Of a DNA stretch of 64,000 nucleotides, positions 38,206 through 50,000 are shown in pieces. The notes beneath the pieces were generated by a model. The model searched no databases, was not told the DNA's origin, and worked only from the letters and a program-made list of their open reading frames with translations. The DNA comes from an uncultured Methanobacterium sp. Its GTDB lineage: Archaea; Methanobacteriota; Methanobacteria; Methanobacteriales; Methanobacteriaceae. The stretch's first letter is position 1, and each line of letters opens with the position of its first letter. The translations under genes were made by a program, and so were the position numbers. The DNA lies in assembly GCF_963665055.2 (NCBI RefSeq), contig NZ_CAXXRN010000003.1, positions 10,326-74,325 on the forward strand. The letters are read 5' to 3'.

Positions 38206-39421
38206 GTGGCTTGTTAAAATCATTTCCATTGCCAACCGTTACAATTCCATTGTTTAAATAGTACTGGTTGTATTGTACACTGTATTTTCCATCTTCACGT
38301 ATGTTTAGGGTGTTATTATCTATGTTAAGGTATTTTACATTGTGGTTTTCCATAGCTATGCCTATAACCGGATCATTGATGGTGTTGTTGGCGATAGTGG
38401 CAGATAATGTGCCATCAACTGGAGTACCCTTTCCAGTTATATTTATCCCGGTTAAAAGGATGTCATGGATAGTGTTTCCAGAAATAGTGCCGTTAAAGTT
38501 TCCTCCAATGAATATACCGTAATATACATTAACTATGGAATTGTTAGCCACCAGGGTGTTGGTGGCAGTTTCCATGGCACCCCTGTTAACCAGGGAGATA
38601 CCATCGTGATTACCATAGGAAGCAGAGGTCATGTTGCTGATGGAATTACCAACAACGGTCAGGTTCTGGTACTGGTGATTGATGTTGATCCCATCATCAA
38701 TATTGGAGATGGTATTATTTTTTATGAGGCTACTGAAAACGTAAGATCCATCTATACCGTTTAAATAACCGTAACAGCCATCGATCTGGTTATTGGTTAT
38801 AGTAAACCCGGATCCTTCTATATGCACTCCACCGGGGCTGTTGTATATTATGTTTTTGTCTATAAGGATGTTATTTTTACTGGATGTGGAACCCGTGTCT
38901 GTGATGTAAATTCCATAGCTGGGGTTTAGCTCAGTGTTATTGTAGATTCCATTTGATTTTATGGAGCTTTCATTGACATTGTTAAAGTAAATGCCCCGTA
39001 CCAGGTTGTTAAATGTGTTGTTTTCAATATTGATACGCGATGTTTTGCTTGCGTTGATACCATAACTGCCAGTGTTGGAGTCCACTCCATTCATGGTAAA
39101 TCCGGTGATGTTGGTTCCAGAGGCATTAGTACCGCTAATGGTGATAATTGTTGAATCAACATTACTGTTTAAAATAGCACCTAATCCTACCAGATTAACT
39201 GAGACTTTAGTTATGGTTAACGAAATATTGTTGTAGACTCCTGCCAGGAAATTCAGGGTATCTCCCGCATTACAGTAGTTAATTATAGTTTGAATATCAC
39301 TATTTGTCATGGATGAAGTAACATTGTAAGTTGCAGCAGACACCGGCTCACAAAATACAGTCCCTAAAGGGATAACTGCAGCCATTAAAAATAGTAACAC
39401 TCCTATTTTAATTTTTTTAAT
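36149..39421 (-). CDS. Secreted right-handed beta-helix (NosD/PbH1 repeat) surface protein, adhesin-like
   Basis: Signal peptide ending VSA; two beta-helix modules; C-terminal NATNNWWG...VNYTPW. Track start GTG 39400; in-frame ATT 39421 proposed. Confidence 0.9.
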   Translation of the reverse strand: MKKIKIGVLLFLMAAVIPLGTVFCEPVSAATYNVTSSMTNSDIQTIINYCNAGDTLNFLAGVYNNISLTITKVSVNLVGLGAILNSNVDSTIITISGTNASGTNITGFTMNGVDSNTGSYGINASKTSRINIENNTFNNLVRGIYFNNVNESSIKSNGIYNNTELNPSYGIYITDTGSTSSKNNILIDKNIIYNSPGGVHIEGSGFTITNNQIDGCYGYLNGIDGSYVFSSLIKNNTISNIDDGININHQYQNLTVVGNSISNMTSASYGNHDGISLVNRGAMETATNTLVANNSIVNVYYGIFIGGNFNGTISGNTIHDILLTGINITGKGTPVDGTLSATIANNTINDPVIGIAMENHNVKYLNIDNNTLNIREDGKYSVQYNQYYLNNGIVTVGNGNDFNKPQNFIVASTMNNTYVQSLINSARVGDTVTFLTGTYNNMALTISKALNLEGNGAVLKGTGTSSIISVTGSDASGTTITGFTVANATGAAGISVDSANNVNIINNTATGNVVGIQLINTGNSVLINNKVDSNGWVGVLVRNGTGNTVDSNLVSNNQEGVVLQGSSDDNHVTHNVIKNNTWNGVLITDNSDNNTVSENSEISGNNIGVSVSGSSGNTIEGNNVTENHWAGVATYNSSKNTIKDNKISNNQEGVVLQGSSDDNHVVHNVIKDNAWNGVLVPDAISTGNQVVNNTEISGNDVGVKMYYSSGNTVQGNNVSGNSWAGIWLYNTTNTSVNSNTVSNNQEGVVLQSYSTDNLVTGNTIKNNTWNGILIPDATSTGNQILNNTEISGNNVGIDLFNAIGNFVQGNNVTVNKWAGIWVYNGVNNAINNVNTVSNNPEGVFIENSSNITVSGNTLVNNLRNGVYISNSSQVQVTGNLNISGNQVGVGLVGSFGNQITNNNVSGNSWLGIWANNAHDSTISANLISGNGEEGVLIENGAYGITVSQNTIQNNTAHGIIIIGASSNTIGNNTQISGNNIGILLQNANGNNITSNLVNKNTWMGVCLLDTSLDNQILSNNITENPIGVRVDTDSSTNTVNSNSITGSSQYGLTYAGTSNTLNATNNWWGSNDNPSAQIQGNVNYTPWTTH

Positions 39422-40081
39422 CCAAATTCCTCCTTTTACTTTTTTATCATTTTACCTTTAAATCCAATTTTAATCAAAAACTTCATATACCCACATTATG
39501 ATTATTTTAAACATTAAAAATATCCTGATGACTCTAAAATGACTTTAAAATATTTAATTCAATAAAATACTGAACAAATGATTATTAATCTAAAATTCTG
39601 CTGTTAATACCATTCGTATCCATATACCACACACCATCATCATTGAATTCCCAATAAATCGAAATGTATATTATTATAATTCGATTAAATTTAGTATTTA
39701 ACAGCTATTATAAATAAATTTCTAGAGAAAAAAAGAGAGTTAAAAAGATCAAAAATACTATATAAACACTTAATTTCTAATATAATGAAATTTAAACTTC
39801 TAAGATGAACATATCGAAAATAAAGAGTTGAATTTTAAAGTTTATGCTCGATATGTTTATATATGATCTTCAATAAAACATACTAATTACACAAGAAGAA
39901 GGATGCAAGATATCTAGTTCATTCAAATAAGAATTATTTTTTTTATAATTTAAGTTAAAGGCTTTTATGATGATTAAATAAAAAATACGGGTTAAATCAC
40001 AAATAAATGGGCATCTTCTTCTTTTCAGAGTAAAAAAGATGATATTAATCTAATTCACACGATATAGGAGCAAACAGTAAG

Positions 40082-43000
40082 ATGTTAAAAAATAAAAAAG
40101 CAATAATCTCACTGCTTTTAATAATATCTTCCTTTCTGGTTATGGGAACGGTAAGTGCTGAGGATCCTGTTGCTAATTGGACAAACAACTCCACAAATAG
40201 TACTAATCTAACTCTTAACCTGACTGATAACTCCACAGATAATGGTACTACTAATGCCAACTACGGTAGTGGGTCTAATGCAGAAAATTCCGTGGATTTC
40301 TCTGTAGAAAATCTAAACAGTACCATTGCTGAGTTTACCGCCAACAACAGTAGTCCTGTGACATCATGGAAATGGGACTTTGGCGACAGAACCACATCCA
40401 CCCAGCAAAAACCCACCCACAACTACTACCAGTCCGGGAGTTATCTGGTTAGTTTAACTGCAAATTTAACCAATGGCAGCGTAGCTACCGTGAATAAAAC
40501 CATTATTGTGGATGTGAAATCCCCAACCGCCAATGCCAGCCTCAATGGAGGCACATTCAATAACACACAAACAATTAACCTAACAGCGAGTGATGATAAT
40601 AACAATACAGTGATTTACTACACCACCGACGGCACAAACCCACAATCGAGTAACAGCAGAATCATTTACACCACACCCATTGTTTTAAACAATACAACCA
40701 CCCTGATATTCGCTGCACAGGATATTTCAGGCAAATGGAGCCAGTTGTACACTGAAAACTACACCATCATTCATTTTATTTATGCCAGTGACAACCAGAC
40801 CACTATACAGGCCATCCTGGATAATGCATCCCCTGGAAGCACCGTAGTATTTTCAGGAACGAACTATGAAAACCTGCATCTTGTAATCAATAAAAAATTG
40901 AATATAATCAGCTATGTGGGAACAAAAATTGTAACGATCAACGCTATAGGAACAGCGACCTACATCGATGATGGTGAAACTCGAACAGTTACTATTTATG
41001 ATACAGCCACTTCCCCAGTGTTTACCATAAAGGGGAGTCATGCGTCTGGAACCACGATAAGTGGGTTTACAATTTTTACAGACACTGATTCTGGAATATT
41101 CGTCAATAACTCCACTAATATTGTTATTTCACAGATGAACATTACTTCGGTTAATGGAACTGCAATCACCGTAAATGGTAGCTCGAACATCACCATCCTA
41201 TACAACAACCTTACTAACTCATACAACGGGATATGTATTTCTGAATCCAACAGTACTAATATTGTGGGAAACAACATTACAGGATACCAGAAAAACAATA
41301 TTTACCTTAAAAAGTCTCAAATTACCTACATTCAGGAAAATGACATCAACAGCACTTTCAGTGGGGTTAAAGTTCAAACCTGCTGTAACACCCAGATCAA
41401 TGGAAATAACATAACTACTGATATTAATGGGGGTAATTCAACAGTATTTTCCAACCCTAGCTTTGAAGATGGTTTAACTGGATGGGATACTGGTTCAGAA
41501 CTCAGCACAGTTAGAGTCAACGATGGTACATACAGTATTTTCCTGTCCCATAATGGCTACGTGCAGCAGGCGGTAGACTTAACCTCAATTGGTGTTATTT
41601 CATTCTGGGGATTCTGTGTGGAGGTTAGTTCCGTGGGAGGAACATTTGAATTGTACATTGATGGCCTTCTGGTTGGAACATTTGAAGTGAATAATGTCAG
41701 TCAAGAACACAAATGGGTACAATTCACCTGTAATTTCAATCCAATTTACTCTGGAAACCACACTGTGACTGTGAAGTGGATCGGGCCACACAGTGCTTAT
41801 ATAGATGATTTTTCTTCAGGAACCAGTAAAAATTCAGCTAATTTCACAGCTACAGTTACCAACAGCGAAACTGACCCCCTGACAGTGCAGTTTACTGACA
41901 CTTCTTCTGGTCTGGTGGACAGTTGGTTGTGGGACTTTGGTGATGGAACAACATCCACCGACCAAAACCCGGTACACACCTTCACCAAACTGGGAGTTTA
42001 CACTGTAAGCCTCACTGTAACCGGCCCCTACTATAATTCAACTGTAACCATGAAGGATCTCTTCAACATTGGTGGACCAGTGAACAACCGGACCGGGAAA
42101 ATTTACAACAACATCCCGGAAGCCATTGATGATATCGATACCATTGATGGTGACACCATACTGGTGGGCAACCATTCATACCTGGAAACTTACACCGAGA
42201 ATGTGAATGTAACTAAAAGGGTGAATATAATCAGCCAGGGCATGGTGATAATCACAGCCGCCGATATAAATCAACCTGTTTTTAACATCCTTCCCGGAGG
42301 GTTGGGTTCGCTCATCAGCGGATTCACCATAACCGGAGCAACTGGCTCCAGTGGAATTTACCTATCCCCCGGGTCCAGTGCCACCATAACCAGTAACATC
42401 ATCACCGGCAATAAAGTGGGAATTTACATCAATAACGCGGCATCAACTATTCATTTCAACGTTATTTACGATAATGACCTCTACGGTTTAATGTTCACTG
42501 GCAGCGGTGTGGAAGCATCTAATAACTGGTGGGGAACCAACAATCCCACCTACAAAAATGGCCTGACTGCCCCTGGAAAAACCGATATATACGAAGTCTC
42601 GACTGATAATCATGCCACCAATGACCCCTGGATTGTGTTAAAAGTAAATGTTTCTGATATTCTCCTAAAAGAGAATGCAACTTCCATAATTACCGCAAAT
42701 TTCGCCACCAACTCCCGGGGTGAGGATACTTCAAATTCTGGTAGTATCCCCTCAATACCTGTGGGATTCAGTTACGCTTTGGGAGAATTTAAAATATCTG
42801 GCACTGATGCCAGTCGTTCTGTAACTGTGAAAACCAGTAAAGGAAAAGCAACAACCACCCTAACTGCTGGTAGTCGGAGTGGATCCAGTTACTTGGTAGT
42901 TGCTGTTTGTGATGATGCTGTGAACTCTCTGGTAACTGTTGACACTATTGCACCAACTGTAAACACCACTTTAGAGGGAGGCCACTACAGTTCAGCCCAG

Positions 43001-46000
43001 ACTGTTACATTAATGAGTGATGACCCCTCTGCAGTGATTTATTACACCACTGACGGGACTCTTCCCCAGTCAAGTAACACCAAAAAACTGTATACTGGTC
43101 CTATTCCCATTACTGATTCTACAATTATCATGTACGCTGCCACAGACCTGGCTGGTAACTGGAGTCCCCTTTACCTCCAGTACTATATTATGGGAGTCTA
43201 CGGTCTGGAAGATTCTGCCTGGCCCAGCTTCCAGAATAACCAGAACAACACTGGACAGTCAGATTACAATGGCCCCCAGGCCAATACTACACAGTGGACC
43301 TTTGGAGACATCAGTGTTTATGGTTCAGCTGTAATCGGCTCTGATGGAACAGTATATGTTGGCGGTTATGATGGAATTTTATATGCTTTTAAAGCTGATG
43401 GAACCCTTAAATGGAAGTACATTACCCGGAGCAGCATAATAGGTTCCCCTATCATTGGCAGTGATGGTACCATATACTTCAGCAACTGGGTCAACAGTAC
43501 CACCTATGCTGTGAGCCCCAACGGAACACTTAAATGGAAATACACCACAGGGGGGAACAATTACGGCTCATCCCCAGTGATTGATTCAGATGGAATAATT
43601 TACACTGCCAGTAATCAGGGAGCTATTGGTACCCTGTATGCAATTTACCCCACCCAGATCCTAAAATGGAGTTATGACATGGGACTCCTTTACGGTAACT
43701 CAGCAGTTATAGGGGCAGATGGCACCATTTACATTGCAGACTACAATGGCATATTATACGCATTTAAAAATGACGGGACACTTAAATGGACCTATGAATT
43801 GAAGTACTTTTTATTATATGTACCTGGAATGGGCAATCTCATGGTTTCAGGGAATGTGATTTATTCCACTCCCTCCATTGGTCCAGATGGCACCATTTAC
43901 ATTGGAAACACCAAAGGGGCGTTAATGGCTGTTACTGATAATGGAACCTGCGGAGTGTATAAATGGAGTTTTTTAAACAATCATGAAGCTAATGAACCAT
44001 TATATGGTTCCCCTGCAATTTCGGCCAACGGGACCATTTACATCGTAAGCAGTAGCAAGCTTTACGCTGTGGACTCATCTGGAAATCTTCTGTGGAGCCA
44101 GGATATCGGAAGTATAGTTGGAACTGGGGTCACATCCCCTGCCATTGGTGCAGATGGAACCATCTACGTTGGAAGCAGCACTGGATTATATGCACTTAAT
44201 TCTGATGGAACCATTAAATGGAGTTACAGTACGGGTACTATCTGTGGATCCCCTGCAATAAGCAGTAACGGAACACTGTACATTGGAAGTATTAATACTG
44301 GAACCACTAACGGTACATTCTATGCTTTCAATGATATCAGCGCCAACTTTGAGTATAGGAGCGTTAACGAGACAACTGTGCAGTTTAATGATACTTCTAC
44401 CTGCCATCCTGTGTCATGGAAGTGGGATTTCGGTGATGGTTACACATCTACTGATGCCAACCCCACCCACATCTACAGTAAAACAGGCACATACACCGTG
44501 ACCCTTTCTGTTACTCTAAATGATAAAACTGTGATGAAAAGGGTAAAAACTGTGCTGATTCAGGAAACTGATATTACTGCTCCCACAGCAATGGCCAGCC
44601 CAGGTAGTGGGGAATTTAACACCGCCCCAGTAGTTACCTTAAGTGCCAGTGATAACAGTGGTAGTGCCACGATTTATTATACCAATGACGGTACTGACCC
44701 CCGCACCAGCACCACTAGAATTATTTACAAAAATCCATTGGTGATTTACAGCACAAGCACCATTAATTTCGCTGCAGTTGATGCCTCTGGAAACTGGAGT
44801 CCGGTTTACAATGCGACTTACACCGTACTTCTCGTTGAGTATGTGCAGCCGGCTTCTTATTATAACAGCAGCACGTTAAACAGTGATATACAGGATATCC
44901 TGGATAATGCAGTTAGTGGAAGTACGGTGATATTCTTAGGAGATTCTTACGATAATCTGCACCTGGTGGTTAATAAAAAACTGAACATAATCAGCCAGAA
45001 AATGACCAGAATATGGGTAACAGACTCCTCAACATCACCAGTATTTCTAATTAGTGGAACTACTGCATCAGGGACCGGTATAAACGGTTTTGTTATATTT
45101 ACCAGTGGAAGATCTGCAATAACCATTTACAACACCAATAATGTTACTATTTCAAATGTTAGCATGAGCGCCACCGGAGGATCTGCAATCATGGTTACTG
45201 GAAGTTCCAACACCACCTTAAACGATAACACCATCACCGGTTCTTTAAATGGAATTTACATCTCAGGGAGTAGTAACACCAAGATAACTGGAAACACCAT
45301 ACTGAAAAACCTGGAAAACGGAGTGAATATTGAAAATTCATCCAGCACAACCATAAACAGTGGTACTATCTCCAATAATGGTGAAAATGGTGTAAAAATG
45401 TACCACTCACCTGGAACAGTGATTAATGGCGTGATCATAACTGGTAACGGTAAAAACGGAACTGATACCAGGAGCGGAGTCTACATTGAGTCTTCAGATA
45501 ACGTTCTGGTTACTGGTAGCCAGATAACCGGGAACTGGAATGGGATTAAAACCACAGACCTCACCGGTTCCACCGTATCATATAACAACATCTCAGATAA
45601 CGAGAGGGATGGAGTTTTTATCACTGGAGAAACAGTGAACAGTCTCTTTTTAACCAACACCATTTCTGGAAATAACAATGGAATTAAACTGGATGGGCCC
45701 AGTCAGAACCTGACCCTGGAAGGTAATTTAATCACCGGGAGTGAATACGTTAATGACTCCAGTGTTGATAACAATTACAATGGTAGGGGCCTTGTATTTG
45801 GGGGAAACTGTCCCTATTCAGATACACTGGTTGTATCCCATAATGTGATCTGTGGTAATGCAGGTACTGATATTGAAACACGTTATGCCCAGGGTGGCCC
45901 GGTTATTGAGGATCTTACCGGTTCCAACTGGTCCGGTTGCCCTGCCTGTGGAGTGCCAACCCATGCTCAGTGCGGACCGGACTGCCAGTGCAGGAGATGG

Positions 46001-46657
46001 GACGCAGATATGGTGTGGGTGGCTACCAAAGTCAGTGAAAACACATATGAAGCAATTCTCTATGATGGTAAAACCGGATTGAGGGTGTCTAATATAGCAT
46101 CCTTTGCAGCCACAGCCAGCTTAAATTCTCAGACCATGGCCATCACCGTGGTAGGTGGAAGAGCCATAGTAACTTTTACTGGACAGGGAACAGTCACATT
46201 CTCAGCCTTTGGTATAAACACAACCGTGGATAGTACCAGCATATCAGAAGAAGCTAAAAACAACTTAATTACAGTTGTAGAACAGGTTGTAACTTCTGAT
46301 AAAACAAATCCTGATGAAAATACCGTTCCGGATGATCCAAAGGTAACTGATAAATCTGGGGGAAATAAAGGTCCCGGAGGCGATGGCAGCAGCAGTAGTG
46401 GAAGTGGAAGTGGAAGCAGTTCTGGAAGTGGAGCATCTTCTGGTTCTGCTTCAACAGTAGGCCTCACTGCTGCCCTTTCCCAGGCATCTACATCTGGTTC
46501 AAAATCCCAAGGAACAGTTCAGGAACTTACAGTTGACGACCCACTGAAAAACACCAACATCTGGGCCATAATCGCCGTGATTATCCTCATAATTGCAGTT
46601 ATTGGAGTATACTACCGCCGGGACATACAGAACATGATTAAAAAATCAAAAGAATAA
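40082..46657 (+). CDS. Giant membrane-anchored surface protein: PKD domains, chitobiase/beta-hexosaminidase C-terminal-like domains, beta-helices, CBM-like domain, PQQ-type beta-propeller, Gly/Ser linker, C-terminal TM
   Basis: [15 protein letters not shown] (PKD x3), IYYTTDG.P (x3), repeated IG.DGTIY/LKW.Y (PQQ-like), NPSFEDG, C-terminal [21 protein letters not shown]. Confidence 0.92.
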   Translation: MLKNKKAIISLLLIISSFLVMGTVSAEDPVANWTNNSTNSTNLTLNLTDNSTDNGTTNANYGSGSNAENSVDFSVENLNSTIAEFTANNSSPVTSWKWDFGDRTTSTQQKPTHNYYQSGSYLVSLTANLTNGSVATVNKTIIVDVKSPTANASLNGGTFNNTQTINLTASDDNNNTVIYYTTDGTNPQSSNSRIIYTTPIVLNNTTTLIFAAQDISGKWSQLYTENYTIIHFIYASDNQTTIQAILDNASPGSTVVFSGTNYENLHLVINKKLNIISYVGTKIVTINAIGTATYIDDGETRTVTIYDTATSPVFTIKGSHASGTTISGFTIFTDTDSGIFVNNSTNIVISQMNITSVNGTAITVNGSSNITILYNNLTNSYNGICISESNSTNIVGNNITGYQKNNIYLKKSQITYIQENDINSTFSGVKVQTCCNTQINGNNITTDINGGNSTVFSNPSFEDGLTGWDTGSELSTVRVNDGTYSIFLSHNGYVQQAVDLTSIGVISFWGFCVEVSSVGGTFELYIDGLLVGTFEVNNVSQEHKWVQFTCNFNPIYSGNHTVTVKWIGPHSAYIDDFSSGTSKNSANFTATVTNSETDPLTVQFTDTSSGLVDSWLWDFGDGTTSTDQNPVHTFTKLGVYTVSLTVTGPYYNSTVTMKDLFNIGGPVNNRTGKIYNNIPEAIDDIDTIDGDTILVGNHSYLETYTENVNVTKRVNIISQGMVIITAADINQPVFNILPGGLGSLISGFTITGATGSSGIYLSPGSSATITSNIITGNKVGIYINNAASTIHFNVIYDNDLYGLMFTGSGVEASNNWWGTNNPTYKNGLTAPGKTDIYEVSTDNHATNDPWIVLKVNVSDILLKENATSIITANFATNSRGEDTSNSGSIPSIPVGFSYALGEFKISGTDASRSVTVKTSKGKATTTLTAGSRSGSSYLVVAVCDDAVNSLVTVDTIAPTVNTTLEGGHYSSAQTVTLMSDDPSAVIYYTTDGTLPQSSNTKKLYTGPIPITDSTIIMYAATDLAGNWSPLYLQYYIMGVYGLEDSAWPSFQNNQNNTGQSDYNGPQANTTQWTFGDISVYGSAVIGSDGTVYVGGYDGILYAFKADGTLKWKYITRSSIIGSPIIGSDGTIYFSNWVNSTTYAVSPNGTLKWKYTTGGNNYGSSPVIDSDGIIYTASNQGAIGTLYAIYPTQILKWSYDMGLLYGNSAVIGADGTIYIADYNGILYAFKNDGTLKWTYELKYFLLYVPGMGNLMVSGNVIYSTPSIGPDGTIYIGNTKGALMAVTDNGTCGVYKWSFLNNHEANEPLYGSPAISANGTIYIVSSSKLYAVDSSGNLLWSQDIGSIVGTGVTSPAIGADGTIYVGSSTGLYALNSDGTIKWSYSTGTICGSPAISSNGTLYIGSINTGTTNGTFYAFNDISANFEYRSVNETTVQFNDTSTCHPVSWKWDFGDGYTSTDANPTHIYSKTGTYTVTLSVTLNDKTVMKRVKTVLIQETDITAPTAMASPGSGEFNTAPVVTLSASDNSGSATIYYTNDGTDPRTSTTRIIYKNPLVIYSTSTINFAAVDASGNWSPVYNATYTVLLVEYVQPASYYNSSTLNSDIQDILDNAVSGSTVIFLGDSYDNLHLVVNKKLNIISQKMTRIWVTDSSTSPVFLISGTTASGTGINGFVIFTSGRSAITIYNTNNVTISNVSMSATGGSAIMVTGSSNTTLNDNTITGSLNGIYISGSSNTKITGNTILKNLENGVNIENSSSTTINSGTISNNGENGVKMYHSPGTVINGVIITGNGKNGTDTRSGVYIESSDNVLVTGSQITGNWNGIKTTDLTGSTVSYNNISDNERDGVFITGETVNSLFLTNTISGNNNGIKLDGPSQNLTLEGNLITGSEYVNDSSVDNNYNGRGLVFGGNCPYSDTLVVSHNVICGNAGTDIETRYAQGGPVIEDLTGSNWSGCPACGVPTHAQCGPDCQCRRWDADMVWVATKVSENTYEAILYDGKTGLRVSNIASFAATASLNSQTMAITVVGGRAIVTFTGQGTVTFSAFGINTTVDSTSISEEAKNNLITVVEQVVTSDKTNPDENTVPDDPKVTDKSGGNKGPGGDGSSSSGSGSGSSSGSGASSGSASTVGLTAALSQASTSGSKSQGTVQELTVDDPLKNTNIWAIIAVIILIIAVIGVYYRRDIQNMIKKSKE

Positions 46658-47097
46658 AAAAAACCCCCATAAGCCCAACATCCTGTAACTAAGCCCCCCG
46701 TAACTAAGCCCACATCCCGTAACCCAAAAAACCCCCCATACACGCTACGTTTACCTTATTTTTTTTAATTTTTAAATTTCCATTTTAATATCTAATTTTT
46801 CATTCATTATCTTACACCCCCCACAAAGATCAGGATTACATGCAAAATAAGGACCATAAGCTTGATTAAAATCAGGCGGATTACATATTCTCATGATTTA
46901 ATTGTATGATCCATCAATATAAGAAGGAATGTTTTTTTCATCAGTCATCTATCGATATAGCATATAGACTAAGCCATACTGAAAAGCCATGCTTTTATAA
47001 AAGTTAATTTTTAAAAAAATAAAAATAGTCAAAACTAGGTTATTTAAAGGCATTATTGGGAATAAAAACCTAAGAGACTATTAAATGGAGTAGGATT

Positions 47098-50000
47098 TTA
47101 AAAAGGTAAACTGGTATAAACTCCATTTAACTGTAAACTAGAAGTATTCCAATTGTTTATAACCCCCAGCTTATTTTCAGTACTGGTTGCATCTGCAAAA
47201 ACCCAATCACCTGTAATGTAGAGACTTGCCCATACATATCCAACCTTAGTTCCATTATCATTAAGGTAAGTTCCAAACACGTATTGTGCTGGTATGGCTG
47301 ATGCTCTGCATAATGCAATTAGAAGATGAGTTATATCCACACAGTTACCTGATCCATAGTTCATAGTTTCTGCAGCACCCTTCTGTGTGTTATAATAGAA
47401 TTGGTAGGTTATATTGTCTTTCACCCAGTTGAATATTTTATTTGATTTCTCCCAGGCAGTGACTGAACCAGTAGTGATGTTATGAGCCAGTGAAATTATC
47501 CCTGCATCATCTGCCTGGCAGTTAGAGGTTGCTGATATAAGTTCTTCCAATCCTGGAGGCACATAAACGATTTGTGAGGTTGAAGGGTGGTTATCCAAAT
47601 TGTCTCCTCCCGCTACCTGCCGGGGATCTGTACTGTTCCAGTCACTGTAGTAGTTTCCATCAGTTCCATTATCCCACTGGTTGGTACCATCATCATAAGC
47701 CAATATAAGAGTGTTTAAAAGGTTGTTAATGTATATCAGATTATTTACACTGCCCTGCATTCTTATACCATAGCCATTGCCTTTTTTGATGGTATTCCCC
47801 ATTATAGTGTTACTGTTTGAACCATAACCTGAATAAATCCCATCCCAAGTTTCGTTGAAGATGTAATTATCACTTATTGTATTGTTAGATGAATTCTGGA
47901 GGAATATTCCAACGTGACTGTCACCTAATGTATTGTCAGCTATAACGGATTCTCCGGCAGTTTCTAAACTTACATCACTCCATAAATTCCCATTTATATT
48001 ATTGTTAAGAATTCTATTGTAACTGGAAGTCCCAATAATGATTATTCCGTGTGCAGTGTTGTTCTGAATAGTATTCTGACTCACCGTGATACTGTAAGCA
48101 CCATTTTCAATCAGAACACCTTCTCCACCATTACCAGAAATCACATTTCCACTAACTGTAGAATCATGAGCATTATTAGCCCACACACCCAGCCAGCTGT
48201 TGCCAAATATGTTGTTGTTACTGATCTGACTATCAGATGATCCAACCAATCCTACACCCACCTGATTACCTGAGATATTAGTGTTACCTGAAACCTGAAT
48301 TAGAGAACTATTAGAAATGTAAACCCCATTTCTAAGATTATTCACTAAAATATTTCCATTTACAACAGTATTTGAACTGTTTTCAATGAATATGCCTTCA
48401 GGGTTCGCAGAAACAGTGTTACCATTGGTGATTGTGTTGTTCACACCATTGCAAACCCAAATACCAGCCCATTTATTCGCAGTAACATTGCTACCCTGGA
48501 CAAAGTTTCCAATAGCATAGAACAGATCTATTCCCACGTTGTTTCCAGATATTTCAATGTTATTTGCTATTTGATTGTCATTACTGGTTGCATCCGGTAT
48601 GAGAATTCCATTCCAGGTGTTGTTTCGAACAATATTCCCAGTTATGTTATTGTTATTTGCATTGTTTTGCAGAACAATTCCTTCCTGGTTGTTGGAAACT
48701 GTGTTACCATTTACAGAGGTGTTTGTGGTATTATAAAGCCAGATTCCAGCCCAACTATTCCCAGAAACATTATTACCCTGTACCGTGTTTCCGCTTGAAT
48801 AATACATCTTAACACCAACATCATTTCCAGAAATCTCTGTGTTATTCACAACCTGATTACCAGTACTAGTAGCATCCGGTACAAGAACACCATTCCAAGT
48901 GTTATCCCTAATAGTGTTACCAGTCACAAGGTTATTACTGGAAGAATTCTGCAGTACAACACCTTCCTGGTTGTTGGAAACCCTATTGGAAGCAATGGTG
49001 TTTCCAGTACCATTGTACACCAGTATACCAACCCAGCTGTTGGAATCAACATCGTTGTTATAAACTGTGCTTTGAACTGCGTTTGTGAGCTGTATCCCCA
49101 CAACATTACCAGTTAAAGTGTTGTTAGTGATGGTTACATTGTTTGTTGAGTCCACATTTATTCCGCTGGATCCAGTTGCATTAGAAATAGTGAATCCTGT
49201 AACCGTGGTTCCAGATGCATCCAGACCAGTGATGAATATAACAGGATATCCCTCATTACCGCTCAATATAGCTTCGTTACCCACCAGGTTAAGTGAATGA
49301 GTTATGATTAGAGATATTTTGTTATAGGTTCCACTTAAGAATGTAACAAAATCTCCTGCACCCGCACCATCAAGAACGTCCTGAATATCTTCACTGGACA
49401 TACTGGAATTTACTAAGAAATACGATGGATTAATAAACGCACCAGTAAAGACTGTTTGATTGTTAGTTGTGGCAATTATGGTAACTGTTCCCGTGACCAA
49501 TCCTGCAGTGAACATTGCAGAAGCAATTCCATTAAATGAAGCTTTTACGTTTTTGTCAAATGTTCCAAGATCTGACTGGAAATACACCAGAGATCCATTG
49601 GGTATGTGACCTATAGCTGGATCTAAAGTTGTCACTTCGGTTCCATTAAACAGGTTGTTGAAACTTACAGTAACCAGACTGGTCTGAGTCTTATTGATTG
49701 TTGTGGGACTGGCAAGAATGGTCATGTAGATCCATGGGGAGTAATTTGCTGTTCCACTGATTAAACTGGCAAAATCCGGACTGTTAGAACCCCACCAGTT
49801 GTACTGTGAATTTACTATTCCACTGGTGGAGTATATTGAATATCCTTTACCGAACATAATGCTATTGTAATGTATTTCACTGTTAGCCCCATTATTGTAT
49901 AGAAAATTACCAGAATTAGCCAAGTTTTGACTGACCAATGAATCGGTGATTACTAGGGTTTTTTTCCGATTATTAACAGATTCTAAATTGTAAACAGCAC

